Assembly: GCA_965645245.1 (NCBI GenBank) | Contig: OZ287081.1 | Location: 1,426,001-1,490,000, forward strand | Length of the DNA stretch: 64,000 bases | Source: Massalongia carnosa | Taxonomy: Eukaryota | Direction of reading: 5' to 3' | Program-made: the position numbers and the translations under genes | Notes under the pieces: generated by a model | Database searches by the model: none | Told to the model about the DNA's origin: nothing | The model's input: the letters and a program-made list of their open reading frames with translations, nothing else | In this document: positions 52,392 to 64,000 of the stretch, in pieces | Numbering within the stretch: the stretch's first letter is position 1 | How the letters are laid out: every line of letters starts with the position of its first letter

Positions 52392-54175
52392 CACATGTTG
52401 GGTTTGTAAGAGAAGGCCGCAACGATTCAGGTGGAATAAGAACAATCTCTTATCTCCGAAGCTAAGGAAGGATCTTGGCGAATGACCTCATTCGTCATGG
52501 CATTCGTTGCATTTGTTTCGTTGATTGGCGGTTTAGATTGTCAGGACATCCTCATAAATCCTCAAGATGTCTGCCACGTACTCCATGCGCCATATACTAC
52601 TATACACCGCACAAAGCCTTCATGGCTTGCATGCGTACTTCCAAGAAAATGCAAATTCACGAATCAAACTCTTCGTGCAACATTTGGCTTCAACTCTCAC
52701 CAAAAAAAAACCCCCTCTCCCCCCAAATTTTCCTACTCAACTTAAAATCCTTTATTTCTCCCGCTCGCTGTCTGTCCACAACATAACACAGCAAGATCTT
52801 TCCTGCAGGCCTCCTCGTTTATCTCAGATGAAGGTAGGAACCCGAGTGGGAGAGAGTGCCACAAATCAGATCGATCGATCCAGCGTCGCACAAGGAAAGA
52901 ACAGAATAGCCTTAAACGAGGCATCGAAAGCAGACACTACCCGTGCTCCTTATCCTTGTACCTATATACCGCTGTCAAGCGGCTGCTAACTCTTTTCTGG
53001 TTTTCTTTCCTACCTTGTTAGGGCGATATGTGTGTGGGCTGCGGGATGCAATGTATGATGCAAGGTAAGTCAGATGCTTGTATGAATCTAGCCAGTAGTG
53101 AAGAGGAATGGAATTGGTAGCGGATAGGGGGCTAGGTTTGAGAATATCATGCCATGTAATGTGTAAATCCATCTCGTATCAGATAGGTAGGCTTAATAGA
53201 AATAGAAATCCTCTAGCCCATTAAAACTCATAACAAGTGTTTTGAGTTCTCTGCGCACCCTTGTGGAAGATCACCCAAAAAATGAAGTCTGAGAGAAAGT
53301 CTTCGAGTTTTCTAGACCGAAACACGGAAGAAGTTTCGGGAGTGACCGACATCCGCTGCATGATCCCGCATATGTTATTTATCTAGAGATAGAATCAATA
53401 AAATTAATTCAAATCGACATTTCACCTGACAAAGTCAAGTATCTCGACCGTAGCACCATCCCTCAGCCATCAGCGTTTATACTTATCTACGTGGAGTGGG
53501 AATGCTCTCCTACGTATCAAACTATTCGATAAATCCTTCGAGATAAGGGCAAAACCCCACAAGCTTCCAGGACTCAAGCCATAATCGCTCCACCATAATT
53601 ATGCGACATGCGTTGGACATGTACATGGTGCATAAACGCCTACTGATTTGCTGCGTGTAGCGGCAGGGTCTTCAGCGAGGTCGCGCAAAGATTGCCGAGC
53701 GGGTGAGACACTATGCATCGCATTGCATGAGAGGAAGTGGGGGGAAGGACGCGCATGCAGAGGTGGGAAGGGTCAGAGCGGGAAAAGCAACGACAGTACG
53801 GAGTAGAGCATTTGATGAAACCAACCGCACTTCGTTGAAGCTCTGCGAAAATGACGTCTTTTGTATAGGCAGACGACAGGACTTTAGAGGTGGAAACTAT
53901 ACATGTATTTTGACTAGGGCCAGCATCGTCCTTTGCTTTTCCGATCCGCCCATGCACCAACAGTGAGTGATTCCGAGTATACCGCCTATAATACCTCCAT
54001 CTATGCTCGTTAATCTCATTCATGGGAATCGCATCGCAAACGGCGGTAGCTTGACGAAGGGTGAAGCTGATGTTCTTTTAAATTCTAGCTGTGCAAGCGG
54101 CCATGCAAGGACGGTGGAGCGGATCTGATTGCGTCAGCTGGCTATCAGGCAACATGCAGGCCAGTATCGTTCTAC

Positions 54176-54322
54176 CTAGCCACAGCACGCATCACATTTC
54201 TCCGTGTGGACGACCACTTTCTCATTAATACCCTTGCATCCGCCGGCTTTGCAGTTGGCGCACGGCGCTGTCTCCACAAGCTGATGCCCGCAGCTGTATT
54301 TGTGAACGACTTTGATGCACAT
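54176..54322 (-). CDS. 48-aa Cys-rich micro-protein, putative metal-binding
   Basis: MCIKVVHKYSCGHQLVETAPCANCKAGGCKGINEKVVVHTEKCDACCG*. A at -3 of the ATG, TATATATA ~210 bp upstream, and the familiar fungal MC..Y.CGH..C..C..CxxC pattern. Confidence 0.7.
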   Translation of the reverse strand: MCIKVVHKYSCGHQLVETAPCANCKAGGCKGINEKVVVHTEKCDACCG

Positions 54323-57088
54323 CTTGGTCTCTGCAATCACGTTTCGAGGCTTGGAGGGAGTTGTGATTGATCGTACTCAATGAGCGTAAAGGATGGATTT
54401 GGTGCTGTCAACTGTTGGTCGGGGTGACAATTCCTTTAGCAACAGGTAAACCTTTGCGTAAAAGTGTCGGTGGCAAAGCTCGTAGAATGATATAGGAAGG
54501 CTTTGGAAGTCAACGTGGTGAATTATGAGATATATATAAAAAGCAAAGACATGGCCCGGGAAGACGAAATGTGCTATTTATGCCGACGCGTGTTGCTGCT
54601 TCTCTGAGAACACATGAACTGAGCACTTCGCTGCAAGAGGCCGAAAGAAAAGAAAAGATAAATTGCAATTGACACATGCTTGGAGTGACAGAGAACGTCT
54701 TACAATTGGTAGTGGGTAGCACGATGTTAGTAACTTCAAGTGGCACTAATGAAAGCTGCAATTCGTAACAGTAAATTGGGTGCGAGATGGTGTGACAGGG
54801 AGCATCCGAAGGCTTTCGACATGACTTGATCTATGAGAAGTAAGAAATAATAAAACCTTAGGAAATATGAGCAGAGTGGGTAAGGTGAATTTTTTTTTCA
54901 TATGTATATATGCTCAAAATCGAATGGGTCACCAAAACGTTTCCATGAGCTTTGGATTTTGGAGCAGGGGGGTAACCTTGCAGCTATGCTTGATGCGGCC
55001 ATGGCGTTTGTCCCGTTAGAGGATTAGCCTGTCGAGCCTTTTTAGTCGTTTTGCACTCAACGTAAAGATAGCTATGATGACTCGTCTGCATAGGGTGTTC
55101 TTTAGCGCAAGAGACACATGCTGAACAAAAAAAACTTATCAAGTAAAATACCATTAGAGGCCGTATGCGAAAGAGCCTACGTTGGCGACAAGTCAGCAGG
55201 AATTGCAGATTCCTGGGAGCTGTTTAACGTAAAGTAACTACCTCATTGGCCATCGGCCCGCTCAACTTCACACCCTGATCATCCAAGTTGAGAAGGAGGA
55301 AAGGCAACGCCAAACAAAGAGTAGCCGCAGAAAATGCTGTGAAACATGATCTTATCAATGGTACAAAAGGGCAATCAGCGCCCGACATTTGGTCGAATAG
55401 GCTCCCATGCTCCACTTGTTGACCATAACCCCATTGAAGTCGCCCAACCGCAAGGCCAGTGTAAATGGGCGGTTACGTGGACGAATGGTAGGCATTAGCA
55501 GGCAAACTGCGTTTGTGATTTTTCTCGGTGCATTGCGCACATCCCCGATGCTGGTGTGAGTTCAACTGAAAAGGTAAAAGTTGTTCAGCAGCCCCGGAGG
55601 GTCGACAGCTGTGAATTTATGCCGATAGGCTGTTGCAAGATTATGGATTTTCTTCCTAGTATTGTGAATTTTAGTGGATTGTGGGGGAAAGATGGCTTTG
55701 GCGATGCAGCTAAAAAAGGTAGCTCCAAAGGGATCAAAAGCCCTACTATATCAAGTAAATGACACCAAAATACTTGCATGATCTTGGGGGTCAAGTGATG
55801 TGGGCACATTGATCTATATAGTACTGAAGTATCAATAATGCGGAGAGGACCCTCGTATTGTTGTACCGGAGAGCGGTCGAAGGTACTTTGTATAGTAAGG
55901 TACAGAGTGAACAAAATTAATCTCACGATATAACTACCGAGTACCGAGATGTGGCTTCTTGCGGCGTACGAGTACAGGCGAGAGGCAGAGGGCATAACGT
56001 GACTAATCTTTTCTCGTTGAGTGGCTACGGACAGAAGGATTCAGTGCAGAGGAATACCTCTAAATCAAACGAATGGCGTTGACGCTAAATCCATGACCCT
56101 GGTATCCGAAAGTCTTCCAATGGCAGTCACGGCTGCGATGCTGAACGTTTTGGAGCGGTTGAGTTGTGGTTTGACAATAGGAGGCCAAGACTCACGTCTT
56201 GAAACCAAACATTTCCTTAACTCGACCGAATTACTAAGCCTTCTTGCGTATTGAACCCATCCATTGAGCTGTTACATGTTTTTACTACTTCGTAGCTGAT
56301 GGCCCATCATTGGACCGTCGTTGCATTGCTGTTGTTGATGCTTCATGTGGAGTTCGAGACGTGAACGAAATGATCAGACGAAGAGGACACGCAACTAATT
56401 CGATGGGTTCCTAACGTGCTCATATAAAAGGGAACGATATTTTTACATTAGATGCTTCCACCTTCTCCACCAACATTCTCCATTCCATCGTTGCAGGTCA
56501 ACCACAATTCCATAACACACCCTCTACCATACTTAAGCAAAAACGTACACATATGACAACCTCCAAAGCATCGTCAATAAAACTCACGCGGGCCTCGACA
56601 TGGGGCCACCCTCTGCTGCAGCGCCAAAACCTCGTCCTCTTCCTCGCTATCTCGAACTCCTCCCTGAGAGCACATACGTCATGCCGAAACCGAGGGTGGC
56701 CGCCCTTACCATCACTCCGTCCCTTCTAATTTCGATATACCAGGATTTGGTGATATCAAAGCCGTTTCCCTAAGCGGAGATCTGCTAGCACTAGCGCCGT
56801 CTCGAGTAGCTAGCCAGATAAAGGTGGTGATAGACGGCGATTCTTGCAGCTAGTGCATGAACGAGCTAGAGACAACTAGAGAGGAGCTGATCCGCGAGGA
56901 AATCTTGCAACCCACGCTGGAAAGTGGTCATATTGTGAAGTCCATAGCACAACTCTACCACCTATTATCTTCTTCATGTCATCATTCAATATGACTCTTC
57001 AGCAACGTCACCATAGATGGTATTGCCCATGGTACCGTTCGGTAAGTATGTGTTGATCAATTGGAACCTCGAGAGATCATAAAGTAGT

Positions 57089-58625
57089 CTATAGTTTTAT
57101 CGATATATTCCATCTGTCGAGAGCCAGAGCAGTGAGGGTTAGTATCGTCGCATATATAACAATAATGCTCATCGCTCTCTCTCTGCTGACTGTAAGTGTA
57201 TTTAGCGTGAAGTTGGCGATACCAGTGAGAGGGTTTGCTAATAAAAAAATGGCCAGGCCGTTCTTATTGAATACCCGCAACACTTTGCTAGTTGCCCTTT
57301 CTGCTTCAACGGCTTCCGATCTTTTATCCAGGGCTTTGTGCACCTCTGGGAAAGCCCATGTCTCTATTGCACAAAACAGTAAGAGCTGCGTGCAGTTGAA
57401 TGCGGCCACCCAGAGAATGTAAGGTAGATTTGCCAAACGCCGCGATACACTAAGGCTAAACAGAGTTGTTGTTGAGTAGAATAGAATTGTCCAACCAGTT
57501 GAGGTTAATGCCAGGTGTTTAAGGAGTTTTTTACGCTGAATGGATGCACTCTTTGCGCTTGATCTATCTTGCGCACCACGTGGTAGGACTATGAAACCAG
57601 CCGCTTGCCCTGCTAGAAATATTGCAAGATACCCAAAGAAAGAGAAGACTCCTTCTCGATTTTGTCTAAAGAGATCTGTACGTGGGGCTGTGAGGATGAA
57701 TGTTTGGAGATTGGTGTACTCAAGAAGAAGCTGATATGTAGTGCCAAGAAGGATGGAAAGGAGTGTATTTGAGGGTACCATCGTAGAAAATGACTCAAAT
57801 AGAGCCATTGAAGGGGGCAGGAACGCAAGAGTAAAAAAGAAGTTCCAATGTACCCCGTACTCTGTAACGTGCTCCGCTAGATCCAGACATTTTACACTAT
57901 AAACCCGGCCTAACCCAAGAATGAAAAGTGGTAAAGAATGCTTTACTGAGGAAAACAATCGCACTACGAGACTAGTAGTTCTTCCAGTAAGACGATCTTT
58001 TAAAACAGGCCTGGCCGAAACCACCCCGGCAGAGAACACGAAGGATCCCACCCCCAAATCCATCAAGGATGTTCCCCAAGTTTCGACTTTAGCAAAGCGC
58101 CTAGGAAAAACGTTGAAATCCACGGCGAGTATGGCTAAGCAAGTAACTATCATCATAGCTCCTCGATAAGCAGTGATGAAAGGCCGAACTGGGAGAGGAT
58201 CGAGGCTGTTACGCTCCATTGGGGCATCTATGGTCCCATTGAGTGAAGTTGGCTTATGTGGTTTCTTTTGTCGTGACAGTGGAGGGGAAAAAAGGGAGAT
58301 GACCAGCGCAGGCGAGACAAGGACAAAATTAAGGGTAATTGGTATTGATGAGCATAACGTGATTGCCAGCAGTATTGCCCCTACATTTAGAAGGAAATCG
58401 GCAACAAAAACTGCTGGACTATAAGTGAGAAAGAACCTTTGATGCCTTTGAAGTGCAGACCAAAGGAATACAGCTGCCTATAATGGAACCCATCAGCGAA
58501 AGTCATAGTATTTAGGCAGGGGTATGTACTGGAGCAACAAGAGTGGTGTAGTTGATCTCAGGAATCTTTCCGCCGGAAAGATTGGAGACAAAGTCTTCTT
58601 TCAATGATTTATAGCTTTGAGCCAT
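57089..58625 (-). CDS. GWT1: GPI inositol acyltransferase (GPI-anchored wall transfer protein 1)
   Basis: [16 protein letters not shown] start, one intron at ~58479-58529, [43 protein letters not shown] and [10 protein letters not shown]. Confidence 0.96.
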
Positions 58626-58853
58626 TACTGGCCTATTCATGGCACATCGTAGATAAGGGATATTTCCGCTGATTATATACAAAGCTTATGAATTTGTTGG
58701 TGATAGGACTTAAACGGGACGGGAAAATCTTCCGCCACTAGCGGGTACGGATATATCAGCTGAAAGACACCATTTACGGAGGACATATCCACAATACGTT
58801 CTTTGAATTTCTTTCTTCGATTGAACGTGCAAAAACCCTGAATATCAGCCACA

Positions 58854-59597
58854 ATGTCTGACGATTCGCCACTTAAGGGAGGCTGCTCATGTGGACGCAA
58901 TCAGTATTTAATCTTTACATCATCTGGTGTGGGGAGCTCGGTGCAGGTGCTCCTTGATGACAAAGCTGATCAAGGCAAGATTGATGTCCTCGTTTGCTTC
59001 AATACTCTGCTTTTAACCCCTTGTATAACAGGCAGGGTTCTCTCACTTCGCGTTCCGCTTTCGCGGTTACGGAGTACAACTTATGCCTTTTACCCTGATG
59101 AGACTCACAATGCAATCCGTCGTGTTTTCACTCCTCGACACGCTCCACATACGAAACGCCATTTTTGTGGATTCTGCGGTACTCAGCTTACTTATTGGAG
59201 TGAGGAGAGCAGAGAAGAGGCCGACTGGGTCTGTGTGAGTCTTGGAAGTTTAAAGTATGAAAGCTTGGAGAGATTGGAGGAAGCAGGACTTCTAATCAGT
59301 GCGGAAGACGATGAAAGAGAGGAGGTGGCCGAGACGGGAAATGGTTCCAAGGGCATGATAAAGCGGAAACATGATAGGGAGCTCCTTGGCGAACCTTGGT
59401 TTGAAGACTTGATCCAACGTAGCGAGCTAGGCAAAATTAAAAGAAGGCGAGGTGGGCGAAGTAGCTTGGACGGTTCGAGTCGAGTTGAATGGGAGATTGT
59501 GGAATTTACAGCCAATGATGACGAGAACTCCACACCCGACTCTGGGAGACTGAGAATCGACGCAGGAGATGATGTCGAGATGAGAAGCGGAGACTGA
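58854..59597 (+). CDS. GFA/CENP-V (Mss4-like) zinc-binding domain protein
   Basis: LKGGCSCGRNQY and KRHFCGFCGTQLTYWSE. Probable in-frame GC-AG intron at 58975-59031. Divergent from GWT1 across 228 bp. Confidence 0.82.
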   Translation: MSDDSPLKGGCSCGRNQYLIFTSSGVGSSVQVLLDDKADQGKIDVLVCFNTLLLTPCITGRVLSLRVPLSRLRSTTYAFYPDETHNAIRRVFTPRHAPHTKRHFCGFCGTQLTYWSEESREEADWVCVSLGSLKYESLERLEEAGLLISAEDDEREEVAETGNGSKGMIKRKHDRELLGEPWFEDLIQRSELGKIKRRRGGRSSLDGSSRVEWEIVEFTANDDENSTPDSGRLRIDAGDDVEMRSGD

Positions 59598-60488
59598 GCA
59601 CCTTACAGGCTGGTCACGGAAAGGTTTTCTGCCTTCCATGCAGAGCGTTTACCTGCCTATCGCTGGGAATAGCATCAGCTATGTCCAGAGAGTTAGCTGA
59701 GTCTTGTCTTCTCTTTTCACATCTCAAGCTTACTCAACAAAACTCAGAATCTACTCAACATCCTCCATAAATTTTGTTGTGAAACACCCCCATGCTAACG
59801 ACTTTTCCTGACTTTATTCCAAATGTGGATAGTGAGTTAATAATGATTCAATAGGCGCTATTAAATTATTGACTGCTCCCAAGCTGTCCTCTAGAGGATG
59901 TAGTCGGTGCAATAATTCTCTTATTCACCATGAGAGGATGTGATTAGCCTTGGTTCAACCCCTTTACCGAACCTTCCCTCCCCCTTCCTTTTCCTAAGCT
60001 CTGATCAAGTCACCACTTGAGATACCTTGCAGATCATTCGGTCCGAACACATTTCTGTCTGAAACTATAGGTTAAGGAATCTTCACGCTTTTCTGATATC
60101 ATAGACTGGTCTCCCAATTGTAGTTTAAGCTAACCCTTTCGAACATGAAAACCCATCTTCAATATTCGTTGATGATGAGTTGTTGACGCGACTCATTATT
60201 TGTTTATTATTTTTCATTCACAACTTCTGTTCAACCCAAGTCGTCTAGCAACAAAAAAGATTCAACTCGCAACTACAGATCAACAAGTGGTTCCTTTGAA
60301 ACTTTCAAAAACATGATGACACTCCACGCCAATGTGATAGTATTATTCAATGTCTTCAACTGAGAGGATTGAATTGTTAGTTTTGCTTCGTCCTACCTTA
60401 TAGGTAACAGACTCTTGAGTGTCAGATTCGGTCGTCACTGCCTTTCACCCAATTCACCCCAATCCGTAGCCAATATTCCGAGTTGAAG

Positions 60489-63400
60489 ATGGGTACTCTC
60501 ACCGATATAACTGCTAAGGCCAACAATGCGGTCAAACGGCAATCTGATTCTTCAATGGCCTTGCAGGCCCTAAACCTGGATAACGACGAGAATTTCGATA
60601 AAGGAAAATCACCGTATTTTATGTCACCTACACTTTCCTCGAAAAAACAGCTCGCCGTCAAGCTTTCCAAATCCCCGGAGCACAACTTACCACCGTTATC
60701 TACAACAGTTCACAAGCCGACTAGTTCCAACTGGATGGCATCAGCCGCCAAACGTGTTGGTTTCGCTCATGTTGGCGATGGAATTCCTCGTTCCAGGAAA
60801 GAAGGTCAGGCTTGGAAGGCTATTACATTTCCAGACAAAGTAAGCGCCTCCTGGTTCAAGTCATACATACCTAGGATGATGCATTGACTCATTCTGTAGC
60901 TTGCCGCTTCTTCAAATACCACTCTTTCAGACTCACCTGCGTCGAGTCCTGTGCAGGCGCTAACAAAATCACTCTCCGAAAAGCCCCTTCCAAGCCCTCC
61001 AATTGCCCAAGTCGTCAAATCCAGTCCAACCAAAGCAGTTCGCACTCTTATTGATGCAAGCGAGAAACCCTTGCGCCGATCACCACCTGGAATGCCTCAT
61101 AAACAGGAAGAGTGGCCCATCTTGTTACCTAAGAAACTCATTGTTGCTGATACGTCTCGAGATGTTTCACCCCACAACAAACCTACTTCGTCACCTAATG
61201 AGCTTACTGATGCGGTGGCGTCTCGAAAGATTTCGCTTCACCATAAATCTACAGTGACGCTTAAGGAACTAGTGGTTGCTGATACTTCTCGAAAGATGTC
61301 ACCCCTTAATAAACCTCCGGAGTCACCAAGCGTAGTGCGGCTTACTCCCTTACAGAAAGAAAGATATCCCACAATTAGTAAGATGTCTCCTCCGACACCG
61401 ACAGTAGAACGTCCTGTTAGCAAAAGAGTATCATCACAGAACACTCAGCGTAAGCAAGGTTTGCACATGAAAACACGCGATCAACAAATTAGGTCAACTC
61501 CACCAGTCAAATCCGCGACATCTACCAAGCAACAGTCAGCAAATGATAAACCAAGTGATATCTCAACATCTGTTCCTACAGCTATGCCCTCTGGCTTGAC
61601 AGTCCTCGCTAATTTGTCAGCTGGTATCGCAGCAGCAGAAATATCAGAGTATGAAGCTACAAATATTGGACAGCCACGGCAGACGCGTACATCCTCTCTT
61701 CGTGCCCGTCTATCTGCTGGTCAATTAATTAAAGATAACCCATCAGCGAAGTCAAAAGTCGTAGGGTTCACGGAGTTTACTGTAGCTGGCCGAGCATATG
61801 ATATAGCAAGCAAAGATAGTTTGCAAGTTCCGGAAGATACCTGGACTCAATCACTAGGTAAATCTGCTGCAAACTTGTATCGGAAAAAGTCGTCTGATGG
61901 ATTGTTGCGGGCGAATCGTGCTCCTGCCCAATTTGTTGGGGGTAGCCGGCGACCAATAATACATCGCCCTTCAAGTCGTGGAAGTGTCCGGAATGATTCT
62001 AGAGCTCCAAGTCCATCATCTTCATCCCAACCCCCAAAACGATCAGCTCCAGTGGTACCGAAATCGAAAGGTATTCAAGAACCCAAATCAGCCATTGAGT
62101 CTCAAGTTTTAAGAATCAGTGAACCTCGGAGAAGCTCTATCCCTATTTTTCGCCATACAGTCTCCAACATGGTTTCTCAGGCTGAAATTGAGACCGTTCT
62201 AAACCACTCTAGACCCGAAGAGAAAGCCCGATCCAGCACCTCTGATAATAATTTCGAGATCTATGTGGACTACTCAGCGGAACCTTTGCCGGAGATGCCA
62301 AATAAGGAGGTCATTGATCAACCTGCTGAAAACCAACATGAAGATGTCCCCGATATCTTCAGGGTACCTTACGTCCTTCCAGGTCTTGAGGCCATTGAAG
62401 AATCCCCGAGACAGAATTACCAAATCAAACGACTTTCTCTTGTAGCGCCAGAACACGGTCCAATTCTCAAAATCTCTCCGTCGGCCGATAGATTGATCAT
62501 GGGCGTTGAATCGGAGAAAGAAAACCCTCTGAATCCTATCAGTCTCAAAAATATCAATTTCGACGGCTCCTTTGGGTTACCTAATCTCAAACCTAACGCT
62601 AATGGCGCGTATTCTACGATGGACTTGCAGCAGCGAGCAGAGCGTCCATCTTCAAGTCAAAGCCTTTCTCAGTCAGCGTGCAGCAAGACTATTGTTAGTA
62701 AAGAAACGAGGGAGAAGAAGGTTAGGAGTGCGGAGCTTAGCTACTCGCTATCCACTAGTCATCTCCGCCAAAATTTAGTAAAACCAAAGGCCCAGGCGAA
62801 CCGTATGAATAATAACAATGCTTCCATGACAGAGGATCCTTTCTTTGATACAATTTTCGACAGTTCATTAGAGCGGGCCAAAACTACAGGTCCCATAATC
62901 TCGAACGGGGTGACAAAAGGTCAAGAGGAGGAAACACCTGTTGCTGATGATTCTTGGATCTCCCCAATCACCAATAAACAGCATGATGCTTCATATAGTA
63001 ATGCTGTGGTCGCTACCTCGGATTCTGTGCTAGTGACAGTTCAACACCCAACCAGGAAAGGGGTAAACACCCTCCAAGACAAATCGGTGGCAGCATGCTT
63101 TAGCCAAGCAGCTGCCAGCGATGTTTCAAAGTCCTTGAGTTTCTATCAGAAGTACAAGGAAAATGCAGTCGAGGAGCAATTTTCAACACCAGAGCGGTTC
63201 CTTCACCAGGCGAATAGTAGTAATTCTGATGGCTTCCCACCGAGGAACTCGTCTCGTACGAGTGCCCCCAATTATACCAATAAAGACTCTGCTAAGCTAT
63301 CACCAGCTTCAGCATTAGAACCTGAGAGTCATTCTGCTAAGGATTTCGTGCCTCGGCACAATCAATCTGGCGCTTCCAACGATTATGCCTCCTCACCAGC

Positions 63401-64000
63401 GCATATTCCGCAAGCCAAAATATTCAAGCGCGACTCGACAGCTCGCGAGTCCAACAAATCTCATGGCTCGCTATCAAAGGGTATGCTTTCAAACATCCGT
63501 GGAATGTTCCATAAACGTTCCTACGACACAGAACCTTTTTCTTCCATGAAATCCAATAAGAAAGGAAAAAATCCTATTTCCATCACATCCAGCGAAAGCC
63601 CCTTCCCTCCTATTTCTGAAATTCATCCAATATATCGCCCAACCTTGTCTTCCTCTAACCGTGTTACTGTTAGAAGTGGGAAAGCCAATGCTACCAATAC
63701 GGATACGCCCATAACTCCGGCATTTGCATCTCCACTACCTTCGGAGATTTCAACCACCACAACGCTGGCCATGCAACTGCTAGACTCCGTGCGCACAGAG
63801 CGCTCGAGCCCGAAGAAAGAGCGTGCTTTGGAGCTAGGTACCATGCTCGTGGAGGCAATTACGCAGGCAAGGGACGCAGAAAAGGCTATGGAGGAAGCTA
63901 AACAAGCTGCTAGGAGGGCTGAGATTGCACATGCATTGTGCAAGAGGAGCGTTGGGGATATTGCCAAAAGAGTACTTGAGTGGAAGGACGAGATTACTGG
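60489..64000 (+). CDS. Large Ser/Pro-rich hypothetical protein with C-terminal helical segment; runs off the right edge
   Basis: Exon 60489-60839, intron 60840-60899, then a frame that appears open to the window end (absent from the ORF track, consistent with no stop). Ends ..AITQARDAEKAMEEAKQAARRAEIAH.. Confidence 0.8.

Noticed and set aside
56423..56773. TATAAAAG followed by two overlapping ~57-58-codon ORFs
   Set aside because: No recognisable motif or way to choose a frame; unsupported without expression data.

Overview
Eukaryotic DNA from a filamentous ascomycete (Pezizomycotina; short GT-AG introns with CTRAC branch points; genus not determinable from sequence alone). Conserved housekeeping genes: NEW1/elf1-like ABC-F (partial), a head-to-head methylisocitrate lyase / methylcitrate synthase pair, ARG5,6, Tsp3-like tetraspanin, MCR1, an Rrg1/Efm2-like methyltransferase, MDM12, GWT1, a GFA/Mss4-like gene and a large Ser/Pro-rich gene running off the right end. 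Two accessory blocks lie between them. The first (~13.7-17.5 kb) has two convergent multi-exon secreted Cys-rich protein genes separated by a TSD-flanked, RIP-like-mutated element ending in a Tad-type LINE 3' end. The second (~23-49 kb) has an F-box gene, an intact P450, a decayed DUF3638/DUF3645-type giant gene, a P450 pseudogene, an F-box-like gene intact except for two in-frame UAG codons, a Tc1 relic and a signal-peptide-bearing crotonase. The best leads are the UAG-interrupted gene (possible A-to-I editing or readthrough), the secreted Cys-rich pair, the chimeric non-autonomous retroelement, and a 48-aa Cys-rich micro-ORF missed by the ORF track. All exon models were read by eye and family names are from memory, with no database searches run.
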